Shown here piece by piece: positions 51,273 through 63,300 of a DNA stretch of 64,000 nucleotides. The stretch lies in contig CM082582.2 in the NCBI GenBank assembly GCA_040954595.2, forward strand, positions 2,402,303 through 2,466,302, written 5' to 3'. Both the position numbers and the translations under genes were made by a program. The notes below the pieces were generated by a model, which worked only from the letters and a program-made list of their open reading frames with translations, had not been told where the DNA came from and ran no database searches. The DNA is from Balanoglossus misakiensis (taxonomy: Eukaryota > Animalia > Hemichordata). The first letter of the stretch is position 1. Each line of letters opens with the position of its first letter.

Positions 51273-53429
51273 ATTGATCCATCGGTGATCCTCTTAATGG
51301 ATGATGAGATGTTATCTAAGTATTTGACATCTTATGGGGACAGAGTTGCTGCTGTGGACTTCTCTCGCAGATTATTTTGTACTGTTCCAGACAGAGAGAG
51401 CAGGAAGTCAGAACTACTGAAAAAAATAAGACAAAAATTTAGCCTTCGAAATGGAAAGCAGAATAGTGTATCAGATGACAAGGGAGAATCAAGTAAAGGT
51501 AATCGTGGACAAGCCTCAACTAGACCAAGACCATTTGGTAATACACATGCAGCAAAAATAAAGCGGAAAATTGAAATAGGATGGCTTGATTTTGATTTCA
51601 TTGAAAAAGAATACAAGCAAGTTCGAGCCAGAAAAGGTGGTGGAACAAGGTGTATATCAGTAAGTAAGTCGAGCACGAAAGCTGATCTCCTGACTACAGG
51701 AAAAGATTTGTTTTTCCCCAACGGCGTATCACAGCGAGGAGACATGGACAGTTATCATGTTGACATAAGAGAATCAGGAGAAAGAACAATTGATGAAACA
51801 AGCACCGTTGGCGAATTGTATGAAGTAACTGGATTTAGAATGCTCCGCTTCTACATTATGACAAAGAGAAAAGACTGTGAACAGGTAGTGAAACCTAAAA
51901 AGAAGAGCAGACAAACAAGTAAGCAGTCACAATTAGAATCAGTGTCATTGTCAGATGACAGCAGTGATGCTGATCTACCTGATCCAGGACTTGATAGGCA
52001 TGTGCCAGTTCCACCGGCAAAGACGAGACAAGCAAGCAAGGGACAGTCACAAGCTCTTCCACAGGAATCTATTGATATGTTGTCTGATGAGAGCAATGAT
52101 GCAGGTGTACCAAGTGCAGGAAACCACAATAAGCATATCCTAGATACAGTTCACCATGATCATGGTATGCCCAGTTGTAGCAGATTCCAGTCTGAACCCA
52201 TCCCTGACGTAGGTTCTGAAGTCACATTAGAGACAGTCGATTCTGATGCAGAACCACTGGTGATTAGTGATAATGATTCAAACATTGTTCAGTTTGGATC
52301 ACGGGGTTCCAATAGTAACTCAGCAGAAAGCCTTGATTCTACATTGCCGTTCTTTGAAAATGATGAACCTGTTAGCCAATCCCAGCCCCAAGACACTACC
52401 AGTCATATCAGTGAAGATCAAGACCCAGTGGAGACTAGAACACTTGTAATACACAGGAGTGATGTTTTGAATGACATGATTTCAGAATTCTCAGATCCAA
52501 AGATTATGGCATGTCCTATCAATGTGGCCATGGTTATGCCAGGAGGTAATATTGAGCGTGGTAGTGGTAGTGGAGTTGTGAGAGACTGTTTTACAAGTTT
52601 TTGGTCCGAGTTCTATGAATGTTGCACAGTTGAAAAGAATTGCCGGGTGCCATTCATTAGGCATGATTACCCAAGAGAAAAATGGGAAGCTGTAGCAAGA
52701 ATAATCATGAAGGGTTGGAAGGAAATGGATTACTTCCCTATTGAGTTTGCAAAGCCATTCATGGAAGAAGTAATGTTTGGAGACCAGAAGTGTGAAGAGG
52801 CAAGTCTACTTCAAGTGTATTATCACTTCCTGTCTGAATCGGACCGTGAAGTATTTGAAGCTGCAATGAAGAACTTCCAAGAAGTAGAAGAAGCTGAGTT
52901 AATTGAAGTGTTAGACCGACATGACTGTAAAAGACTGCCAACCAAAGAAAACATTGGATCCATTCTGCACGAAATAGCGCATAAAGAGATAGTACAAGAG
53001 CCAATGTTTGTCATTGATAGTTGGCGACCAATCTTACAGCCATTAGGCAAACAAATTGGCAAAGAGAACTTGGATAGACTGTATAATGACAAGAAACCAA
53101 CAACAAAGAAAGTCCTACAACATCTTCAAATCGCCGAATGCTTGAATAATGATGAGAGGGCTGTTGCTAATCACTTAAAACGATACATCCGTGAACTTGA
53201 GCAAAGTACTCTAAAGAAGTTCCTGAGATATTGCACTGGTTGTGACATAATGACAGCAGAGCCGATTCAAGTGTCATTTGTTAAACTTGATGGTTTACAA
53301 CGTCGTCCAGTTGCTCACACATGTGGCAATGTGCTTGAACTGCCATTGTCATATGCCAACTTCGTAGAATTCAGAAGTGAGTTCAATGCAGTTTTGAACA
53401 GTGGTTTTTGGGACATGGATATTATTTGA
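51273..53429 (+). CDS. HECT-type E3 ubiquitin ligase, transposon-borne (744 aa when spliced)
   Basis: Uninterrupted frame. The C-terminal HECT motifs include GVVRDCFTSFW, FLRYCTG and RPVAHTCGNVLELP (catalytic Cys). There is an acidic, Ser-rich linker and a SAM-like N-terminus. Confidence 0.9.
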   Translation: MDPSVILLMDDEMLSKYLTSYGDRVAAVDFSRRLFCTVPDRESRKSELLKKIRQKFSLRNGKQNSVSDDKGESSKGNRGQASTRPRPFGNTHAAKIKRKIEIGWLDFDFIEKEYKQVRARKGGGTRCISVSKSSTKADLLTTGKDLFFPNGVSQRGDMDSYHVDIRESGERTIDETSTVGELYEVTGFRMLRFYIMTKRKDCEQVVKPKKKSRQTSKQSQLESVSLSDDSSDADLPDPGLDRHVPVPPAKTRQASKGQSQALPQESIDMLSDESNDAGVPSAGNHNKHILDTVHHDHGMPSCSRFQSEPIPDVGSEVTLETVDSDAEPLVISDNDSNIVQFGSRGSNSNSAESLDSTLPFFENDEPVSQSQPQDTTSHISEDQDPVETRTLVIHRSDVLNDMISEFSDPKIMACPINVAMVMPGGNIERGSGSGVVRDCFTSFWSEFYECCTVEKNCRVPFIRHDYPREKWEAVARIIMKGWKEMDYFPIEFAKPFMEEVMFGDQKCEEASLLQVYYHFLSESDREVFEAAMKNFQEVEEAELIEVLDRHDCKRLPTKENIGSILHEIAHKEIVQEPMFVIDSWRPILQPLGKQIGKENLDRLYNDKKPTTKKVLQHLQIAECLNNDERAVANHLKRYIRELEQSTLKKFLRYCTGCDIMTAEPIQVSFVKLDGLQRRPVAHTCGNVLELPLSYANFVEFRSEFNAVLNSGFWDMDII

Positions 53430-53816
53430 GACCATTGATATTGTTTCCATTGGTAGAACAGCAATGGTGAGTTATTACATGAATTAAAGGGACAATATTG
53501 TTGTGTTTGGCTTACATTGATAGAAAGAATACAGGGAATACTTGTGTAAAGTCACTTGGTATGCAAAGTAATGATTATGTCAATGATGAACCTGACGTGT
53601 CAGAAGTCACCTCTTTGCTGCATGGAAGAGGTGAATTTATGTGGATTCATTAAGGGATGCGCCTGTAACTTTGCACTATTTTCAGTGTTTTCTTTAAATG
53701 TTCATACAGTTGCCATTTACTGTCATATTTCCTACAAATTGTTTTATCATTGATTACGTTAAATGTTTACACATATTATCTAATATATGGAGAAGCTAAA
53801 TACTTGATGTGTTATT

Positions 53817-53925
53817 GCAGCCTGTTGTGGGGAGTTATTCAGTTACTTATTCAGCCTGTTGTGGGGAGTTATTCAGTTACTTATTCAGCCTGTTGTGGGG
53901 AGTTATTCAGTTACTTATTCAGTTA
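53817..53925. repeat. 34-bp tandem repeat, 3 copies
   Basis: CAGCCTGTTGTGGGGAGTTATTCAGTTACTTATT occurs three times in tandem. Confidence 0.95.
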
Positions 53926-54446
53926 CTATGTGACACAGTGTGTGACATAATGGTTAAAGCACAGGATGACCAGGCTTGGTTATTGGTGTAGATATAATGT
54001 AAACAAACAACTAGGAGTAGTCTCTGTTCCACTCTACCAAAGAAGATCAGTGCTTTACTTGTCACTTATCGTCTGTATACTTAGTTTCTTTATTAACATG
54101 TTTGTTTGTTTGTTTACATATTTACATCTACAACCAAGCCTGGGCATCATGTGGTTTTAAGGTGCAAACAGTTGAGCCACAAAGTTGTTGTATTTCAGCT
54201 TTTATTTGCGTTGACAGTATTATACTTTACAGAATTAGATCTAACATTAACACAAAGTCTGTGCCATAGTTTCATATTACTTCAGTGTTGAAGATGAACA
54301 ATATTGTCATTATGTTCTGAAAGTTAATAAAACTTTGTTGTGTTGACAAATATCTTGCTTTAATTCATCCAGTTCCTTGCATGGAAGTGACATTGTTGTT
54401 GTTGTTTGGGTGATGTATAATAATTTCCTTTTACAGTAAGGTCTTG

Positions 54447-54782
54447 CTAGTCAGATAAGGATTCATATTTTATAGAATTTCGGAGATTCACGTACAATTC
54501 CACAGCAGAATATGGGTCAGAAGGTAAATGCATATTGTTGTCGACCATGTATGAGACACAGTACTCGAATAAATCTTCATCACAGGGGCACGCTCCTTTG
54601 AACACACATTCCTCTCGGCATGTGTTAATCGGTTCCTGAGAAACAGTTGATCCGAAATCATGACTTCCATACATCTCCGGGACAAAGAACATCATATGAG
54701 GTCGCCCGATGGGAGAGACTGCGTTACGTGAACGACTGATCCTGTGACAATTCCATTCCATTACAGCATCATCCAGTTCATC
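54447..54782 (-). CDS. DDE transposase exon 2
   Basis: The acceptor is TTCAG|GAT. The exon reads DELDDAVMEWNCHRISRSRNAVSPIGRP...LSD* and joins exon 1 in phase 0. Confidence 0.85.
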   Translation of the reverse strand, partial: DELDDAVMEWNCHRISRSRNAVSPIGRPHMMFFVPEMYGSHDFGSTVSQEPINTCREECVFKGACPCDEDLFEYCVSYMVDNNMHLPSDPYSAVELYVNLRNSIKYESLSD

Positions 54783-55530
54783 CTGAATTATAAAATGACA
54801 GGCACAAAATGTATGAGGAAGTTCAATGTTAGCAGTTTAATACATGCATCAGTTAAACATAGTCCCTAGGTACTATAGGATATCTAAAAGATACATACAT
54901 GGTGACACCTCATCTACATGAACTCTTCAGACGGGAAGGTACACCTAAAATTAATTTATTGTAGTGAAATATAACCAAACAAACGGAATAAAATTACAAA
55001 TATTATAATTATAACAATTTACATATATTAGATTATCAATTGGTGTATAGACGGGTTTACCAGCTGGCGTGTAATTTATGATGAGGCTTATCACACCAAC
55101 AGTATTCGATCCGAGATTAATAGTAAGGTATTTATCGAAGGAGTGGAAAGTCTAAAATGTTGTCCAACATATGCATGCAGGATAGAGGTGCATAAAATGG
55201 ACAATTGGAATAAGTAGACAAGGACAGTCTTAAATCACACACACAATGCATTGCAGGTTGTGATTTTTGTTCATCATGATACATATCAACACATGTACAG
55301 CACATTTTAAGCCTTTTTTACTTTGTATTTGAAGGTTTAAACCAAAATATGTGAGCAGTCCTTTCTTTTCAATACATAAAAACGTTCTTTTTTATACTCC
55401 TCCCATTTGGAAGAGCGTAGGGTTATTGTTAGTCAGTTTATACATGGGACTTCTTATATTTTATTGTATTGTACGTTTTCACTATATAATATCAATCCTA
55501 GCAATATAAGTCCCAAATTCTTCTTCTTAC

Positions 55531-56241
55531 CTGTATCATTTTCAGGAAGCAAAATCTGACCAGATCTTTATCAAGATAATCACCACTGAAGACTCCATCA
55601 TCCTTTAGTTTGTAGAAAAGATCCAACCAAAACTGTCCACAGTGTTGGCGAAATGTACCCCACCATCGTTCTATGCGTTGGTTGAGTTGACTGCTGCCAT
55701 AATAAAAGCAGTTGTCATCATTTGTTAGAAACTTCTGGAACTGTTCAACATGTCCATTTTCTGTGCCTCTATCCGCTCGCATGTTTTGGGGGCAAGATTT
55801 CAGACTTTCAACTTCTTTGATGAAGTACCCTGCTATAATCTTCGGATCACTGTTGGTGTGATAAGCTTGAGCCCAAATTACACGCCTGGAAAACCCGTCT
55901 ATACACCCATTGATTGCTATTCCGTAAGGGGAAAGTTTGTCATACGAATCTAGGTGCCACATATAGTTCGGCCCAGGAGACCCATACTGGCGACGGCGTA
56001 GACGACGTCTCTTTCTTAATTCCACACATATGGGGTCAATGATCTGGAGTAACAACCGCACACTCTCCCTGTCGATAACCATTCCTCTCTGGACACACTT
56101 TAAATGCATCCACCGATAGCCGTGGAGTCTTCCAGATTTGTCAACCTCTTCTCTCAGAAATGTTATTACCTCATTGATGTCTGAATGGTACTTCCGTCTG
56201 AAAAGTCCGAGTTTCTTCAGTAATCTTTTAAGATGACGCAT
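55531..56241 (-). CDS. Integrase-core (IS3/IS481-like) DDE transposase exon 1; N-terminus frameshifted and truncated
   Basis: GPNYMWHLDSYDKL, RADRGTEN and NQRIERWW supply the D, D and E residues, and the donor is CAG|GTAAG. The upstream FNYSEILATLAVNHN (about 56250-56310) is out of frame by 1 nt. Confidence 0.88.
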
Positions 56242-59200
56242 ACTAATGACACGTTATGATTGACAGCTAAAGTAGCCAGGATTTCACTGTAGTTGAAGCA
56301 CCATGTAGCTCTGCTTGGCATAGTAAAACACGTGTCACGTGTTGATCACATGACTTAAATGAAGGCGAACGTCCATGTTTGTATGGGAGGGTCACCAGTT
56401 TTACGGCGCTGCATTAACGACGTTTACGATTCGTCGACAAACACGTCAAGTAGGTTCTCATTTGTGAAATTTTCGTTCGATCTTTATTTCTGACAACATT
56501 ATGTACATGTTCATGTAGTTTATTGTTTGAAAATCGGTGCGTATCATTTTGCTCCGCACCCAACGGATTTTCCTATGGATGGCTCCATAGCTGTGGGGAG
56601 GGAGAGCAGCGTTGACCCAAACAGCGTATAAGTCCAGAGCTATGCTGGGCAGAGCTGTGTGTCTTTACGACGTCACTCCTGTATATGAGAGAGACGGTGG
56701 GCGATCTCTTTTACAGTTATTTTCAAAATATTGTTTTTAAAAAAATAATATTTATTATCATCATCATCATCATCATGATTCCAGCTATTAATTTGCAGTA
56801 CACGTTGTTGTCTTTTGCCAGAAAGGAATGCATTTCTCATATCACCTTACAAACTGCCAGAAATCCAAACAACACCTTTATGATAAAGCCTACAATGAAA
56901 TGGTGGATGGTACAAATCAAAGATTATGTGACTGCATGATCCTCTCCACATGATACTTCTCAAAGGATATTAATTTGCTTGGAGGGTGAATGTCTGTTGC
57001 TAAGCAACCAATGATGTGGGAGTGATGTAGAAATCTTTGTGATTTCTCAAAATATAACCATTATTCTAAATTAATATTTCCGTCAATTGGTTTTCAAGCA
57101 TAATATATACACAACACAACAAATTATATTGATATACCATGCCTAAAATATGAAATGGAAAAAATGCAATCAAATGAGTGGCCAAGCAAATGTTTTCAAA
57201 ATTTTCCATTTAATTAACATTTTGTAATAGTTTATATATTTGAGGCTGACTGTGGGTTGATTCTGTCTGTCTTAAACATTCAAGAAAAATTTGTTTGTAA
57301 AGTCATTTCAATGCCTGTCTATTAAAGCCTGTGTAGCTGCCAAATTTCACATTTTTCAACAATAAAATACTTCAAATATATTCCCTATCCTCTAAATCCT
57401 CAACTTAAGCCATATTACTCGCATTTGCATCAGTTTGTCATCTTTTGGCGACGCAAACCACGATAGCTGCGTACTGTTTGTATGGAGGCTGATGAAATAG
57501 GTGCGGCACCGTTTTAATACAAAAGTGTTCAAATTGCAACATGCAGTCATAATCGGGCATCGATAAGGTGTTCATGTATACCTAAGTAAGCTTATTTAGA
57601 TGGACTAATTTAAGTTGGAAATTAATGCTAAAAAGTGGCAGCTCTAGAGACTTTCAATTCCACATTTTCTAATTCCACAATTGTTGGATGTAAATGTATT
57701 TGAAATATGTGCTTTGATTGGATTATATGACATAGATTTATTTGAAGGGTGTGTTTGGATTAGATTATGTGACCATTGGATTTTGGATTTGTGTTCAAGA
57801 ATTGTTTGGAAATATAGAAGGGATCTGATGAAAAATGTTCAGGCAATTATTTTACCTTGGTCTAGAGTTTTAAAAAAGGGTGCGTGATTTTCATGTTGTT
57901 TGGGTATTGATACTATGTTCACTTCCAGTTCTATATTTGCAAATTGAGATATGCTTAAATGTCCAGTATCCAGCTTATCAACTCTACCAGTATTTTCATT
58001 AATAACAATAAAATTTATGCGTTTATTGTTTGTGTAATTTGGATTATTAAGTCAAATGAGGGACAGTTCTTAATGTACACCTTGGAATGAATCAATCAAC
58101 AACATAATAGATAGGTGCATATTTTTCCTCTATTTTGATGTGAACTTTGCTAAATACTTTTTATCATTTAAACAATGACCTTTGGCTTTTCAGAGACGCG
58201 GTCAAGATGTCTCTCCTAATCCGTTTGAGCTCGCGCTCTGATTCGATAGTATCATGCAGATGTTGCTTCATGTGATTGGCTAACGTCCTTGTCACGTGAC
58301 GTGGCATACGTGTGGAACATACGTTCGGAACAACAAACGACACTTGTACGCGTAAATTATGATTACGTATAAAATAATTCGGATAATCTCAATTTTTGGC
58401 GATCGATCTATAAAAATGAAATTGTGAAGTAAGTAGGCAACCATGGTGATACTTCCGGTGGAACGCCATTCTCGTGTACGTTAAGGCGTGGGCGCCCTCT
58501 ATCGACAGACTGAATACGTTAATCGAGCATAATAAACAATTGTAACCACACCAGCCAATCAGTTGATGTAATTCATGTTCAAGACAAGCAAATAAAATGA
58601 GACATTTCCGAGAAAACCTCCAAAACTATTATCATGTGACAAATAGTGGCATTTTGGGGGTCGAAAATGATATTCTTAAAACAAGGCCAAAAATCCACCG
58701 CTAGATGCTCACAATCCCATTATAATGTTTTAGTTTCACCTTATGACCCGTCAACTTTCTCTGATAGGACTCATACTGTAGTGTATTTCGCTGCCATAAT
58801 ATTTTGACGATGTAGATTATCGACTACCCATTGACCGGCAGCCAAAATTCCAACATTTATAGGGTTATGCTGAATCATTAACTTCGTTTTCAAACACAGT
58901 ATCGTAATCTTGAAATGGGCGAACATGTTAACCTTCGATTACGACCAGAGGTGTCAGAAAATAAAGCTGTTTAGCGGTGGATTTTTCGTATTTTCCGCCT
59001 CGTAAATTATCCTTACCCTGGGACGCTCGCCCAGGGGTGCCATTACGTAATGCCTTAGTTGGCGTGATGCATTGTGGGTAAAATCAGCTGATCGTATACG
59101 CGTATCCTAGCAACTGACATGGACGCTACCATTAGCGCCCGCCCGCGTTCAAGATCATTTTAGTGTCGCTACAGTTCAGAAAATCGTGAACATACATAAT

Positions 59201-59486
59201 TCCCAATCAGTTTGGGATGATTTTTAGCCACAAGTAGTAATTACTGTCACTCATTCACTTATTTAACAAGCCATGACAACATTATATGAGGGAAATAAAC
59301 CTTTATTTCAACTTCAATCTGGTGAGTACATGGTTTTCATTTTACCCCATCAAAATAGTGCGTCTTGAAAGGTCAAAGTTCAACTTTTCCTTTGTTCATG
59401 TAAAATTGGCGCCATATTCAAATTGCAGCAGATGATCCCTTCAGCTGTTATTTGGAGGTAAGCACTTGTTCAGTTGGCATGTCATC

Positions 59487-62400
59487 ATGGCATTTTGTGG
59501 TTATTTTATGGCCATAGCTGCAAGAGCAACAAAAGAGCTTTCTAATTCCGAAAGTCTACTCAGGAAAAGGCTGAAAATACATCAAGATTTATGCCTGTTT
59601 ACAACATATCCATTGGACAAAGGTATGCCAAATATCAGGATATCATGGCTAACAGCAGAAATATGCAAGTTACCAGTTTAAATTTAAACTGCCACGATTT
59701 GAGAAAACACTAAGTGCTTCAGTTCAATGGTTGAATTCCAGGAAAAATGTCAGTATTTCTACAGCATTTTTCTGCAACTAGTTGGCAAAAACTGCCTTTA
59801 TCAAGGCAAATCCTACACACAGCACTTGACTGTCAAGAGTGCCAAAGTAGCAATGTTGATGTTCTACTTTTGAACAAGTACTATCAGAAACATATCAAAA
59901 GTCTTCCCTTCTCGACTGTTGAGGTAATTGAAGATGCAATGGGAGAGATGCAACAACTACAAAATCCACATGAGACAAAGCTGACTGTCCCTCTTAAATC
60001 TGCCGTAAGAACTGCCGGACAGCTATATCAGCGAGTAGAGGAGTCATACAATAAAGTGTACTCAACACCTTTCAGTGAAGCGCTTCTCAAAGTTCCGGGG
60101 TTCAAGCTACAGACAAAAATCAGCAAAGAACAGAAAAAGAAAGACAGACGAGCACTTTATACTAATGTCAAGCAAAGCATCGAAAAATCCCACGCTAAAA
60201 ATGACGGAGATTTAAAAACAATCCTAGGATCCGGTCAGTCATTTGCTTGCTACGAATCATGTTGACGGTCTGTTGACTTTGAGTCTACCGATTCTGCCAA
60301 GAAGCGAGTAAATCGCCGTCTACAACTAGAATCCCTCAACAAGCTGACACCAAAAGACCATGTTGTAAAAACAGAGTCTGTTGAATGGGACAAAAGCTCA
60401 TTTGTAAGTGAACTTTCCAATTATGATGCTGGCAAGGTCAACTGGAGTAGCCTTGCGAGAAAGTACGGGCTAACAGCTGCAAATGGTGGCCAAATACTGA
60501 AAGAGTACGCAACCTCAGCTGGCATCGACACTGACAAGTTCAATATCAATAAGAAGGTTCAAGGTCGAGATTTTGTCAGAAGAGTACACCGTAAAACATT
60601 GAAAGGTCTTGGGGGAGGTGTCACTTCCTCAACACCGACCAGCAAGAGCCCTGCAAGAAATATTGAAAACAAAAATAAGAAGTGGCGAAATCGACATCGG
60701 TGAATTAATAGCACCAAAAGAGTTCCAAAAGATGACCATTGGAAAAGATGGCAAATTAAAAGAAGAAACTTATACAATCTACGCTAGAAAAATAAACTTA
60801 CAGACAATCCGAAAACGAGAGCTTGACAGACAAATTAAGCTTGGTGTTCTGAGAAGCCATGTTTATGGGTATGACGACGGTCATTACCAAAACCTAGAAG
60901 AAAAAGAAATAAGGGATGAGCTACAAAGAATACACGAGTTGAAAGAAGGAGAAACCATCGATGAAATGCGCAGTAAATTAAAAAGACTACATCACTCACG
61001 GCACTTCAAAATATGGCATGACCACAGTACTGTAGGCAACCATTCCCACATTGTCTTCATGGTGAGCTGGATATACGACGCGGCAACATATCTGACAAAT
61101 GAGGAGTACTTGGAGAAACACGGAAAAAAAGTAAACGTTGACTCGCTTGTTGAGAAGCCACATCTATATATAATGGGACGATCCAACTCCAATGACGTTG
61201 ATCAGCTGTCATATGTTGAAACCAGAGTAGAAGATCTAAAATGTGCAACAGGACCAATAACATCCGACGAAGGTTCCAGGGAATACACAGATGTCCACCG
61301 ATTTTTTCATGGCGATGGACCGGCACAGGAGTTTGAGGATTAGCACCAGAAAGGAGGTCACTACCAGTGCATCTGTGGAATAGAGTCAAGAAGACACGAT
61401 GATCTGTCTGCATGTTACCATCTGAAATATCTGTCAATAGATGAGAAACGTAACTTGTTAATCAAGGGCAGCCCAATATGGAGAGAAAAGTCACGGCAAA
61501 CTCCCCATCCATTTGCCAACTTAACAGTGGCCGACCTTAGGAGAGAGCTTGATGCTAGGGGTGAAGAAACTGAAGGATTAAAGAAGCCAGACTTACAATC
61601 TAAACTCTCTGAAATTTTACATGGTATGCAGAGAGTACCAGCACTGCTCCATCTCACTCCAGAATATAATCTTGCTGAAATAAACTGCTCTGCATATGAA
61701 ATTTTGCCATCAGAGCCACTCCATGACCTGAAGGGACACATCCACAATGTGTTAGAAGAAATTCCAGCACAAACCAAGGATAAAGAAGAAGCAGTAAAGT
61801 TACAGAACTTTATTCAGGCAACATATGGTGGTAAAGACGAAATTCGGGGATGCGATGCACGCAAAGCTATCCTTCTGGTGTCCCAGTATCTTCACGAGAA
61901 CAACATAAATACTGAGCATGGTCAGCTTATTGACACGCTTGCTGAAATAAGCGAAACTGCTTATAAACATGACAATGACAGATGCCCACGACTGATTCTG
62001 CGATTGTATAACACTGTATTTTTGCATGGAATATTGTGCAAAAGGGTATTTGAGAAGCCAAAGAAACTTACCAAACGAAAGATGTTCGGGCGGTATTTCC
62101 ATAACATCACCGTCCATCTACCTGATCAACTGAGATTGGTTTCTCTGAGGTCAACAAATGCTGAAAACCAGGAGCGAGTTTTCAATCGAATACGGAGAGT
62201 GACGAAAACAACTTCCTCCAAGCGTCCAGGTGGTATCATAGGTAATGCCATGATACGTCTAGGTGCAGAAGAAGAGATGACAAAAGAAAGAGATCCATCA
62301 CAAATTATAGAATCTGAAATTAGCAAAATTGGAAAGCAGCTCCCAAAACGTCAGAATACAGTAATCCCTGAGGACGAAATACTGCGACGACCAACACTAC

Positions 62401-62515
62401 TGCAAAGCCACTATGAAAGGATTGCAGATTTCTTGCTGCCAGGAGAAGGTGCATTGTGGCAGAGACATGAGGAAGCAATAGAGTTTTTAACTCTGATACC
62501 CAGGATGATTTCAAG
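59487..62515 (+). pseudogene. Decayed large DDE transposase with RAG1/Transib-like motifs and a SAP-like insert
   Basis: Consecutive frames are broken by TGA at 60263, TAG at 61341 and frameshifts near 59650 and 60630. Motifs are IWHDHS, FFHGDGPAQ, GGHYQCICG, LTVADLRRELDARG..GLKKPDLQSKL, EPLHDLKG, YFHNITVH and ENQERVF. Confidence 0.75.
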
Positions 62516-62810
62516 GTATCTGCAGTGCAATTTAGTCCCAAATATTTTAACTCACACTTTTATTTCTTTTCAATAACAATTACTGTTGATTATATGCAGA
62601 CATAATACAACAGATTGCATGGTGTTTTGGGACAGGAAAAACTAATCTAAAATATAGTATCAAAGCATCAAAAATTACATCTATACATGCCCTGTCTTTT
62701 TCATGGAACTTTTCTGTCAAGCAGGTTTTGTTATATTTTGTGACGAGCAACCTCCATTTTTACAAATAATAGAACTATTCTCGGATATCCCACATGTTTT
62801 ATGGCTTTCT

Positions 62811-63153
62811 AAAAATGTCTCTCACTCGCTGCCCTTTTTCTTTTTGTGTTTGATACAAAACACCATTTATGTTAATGTACATGTGTATATGTAGTGAATG
62901 AACGTTCAACCACACACAAGTTCCACCATGCTTGTATATGAGAGTAAAAACTCGCCCAAAATGAATAAATGGTAGAGACCGATTGTTCATTTTGGCAAGG
63001 TTTTTCACTCTCGTGTCTACAAGCGGGATGGAAGGTGTGTGTGGTTGAATGTTCATTCAGTATATATCCACATGTACATTAACATAAACAGTGTCTTGAA
63101 TGAAACATAATATTAATGGGAAAAGGGCAGCGAGAGAGAGAGACTTTGTCCCT
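62811..63153. mobile_element. Kolobok-like MITE, sister of 42107-42956, left end decayed
   Basis: The ends read CTCGCTGCCCTTTT ... AAAAGGGCAGCGAGAGAGAGAGACTTTGTCCCT-TTAA, and the interior matches 42650-42950. Confidence 0.75.
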
Positions 63154-63300
63154 TTAACAGCATGCAAATCCTTATTTATTTTGGAAAATTCTATTGTAAA
63201 AATTTTCCAAGATTATAGTACTTACATTAGCCATTGGTGTTGTGTGTAAACTGTTATATAAAGAATGTTTGATCAATCTCCTTACCTGTTTATTTCTATA

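Larger units (their letters stand above)
49121..56310. mobile_element. IS3EU-like DNA transposon with two convergent genes; right end apparently missing
   Basis: A putative TAT-starting terminus (TATGAAAGCC) is followed by a subterminal repeat array, a HECT gene on + and an integrase-core DDE transposase on -. No matching right TIR was found. Confidence 0.7.

Noticed and set aside
49995-51282. ORFs rich in HT or YIHT repeats
   Set aside because: They are translations of (TG)n and (TATG)n microsatellites.
56575-56590. GGCTCCATA as the right terminus of the IS3EU-like element
   Set aside because: The match to the left end is short, the flanking 6 bp differ and there is no mirrored subterminal array.
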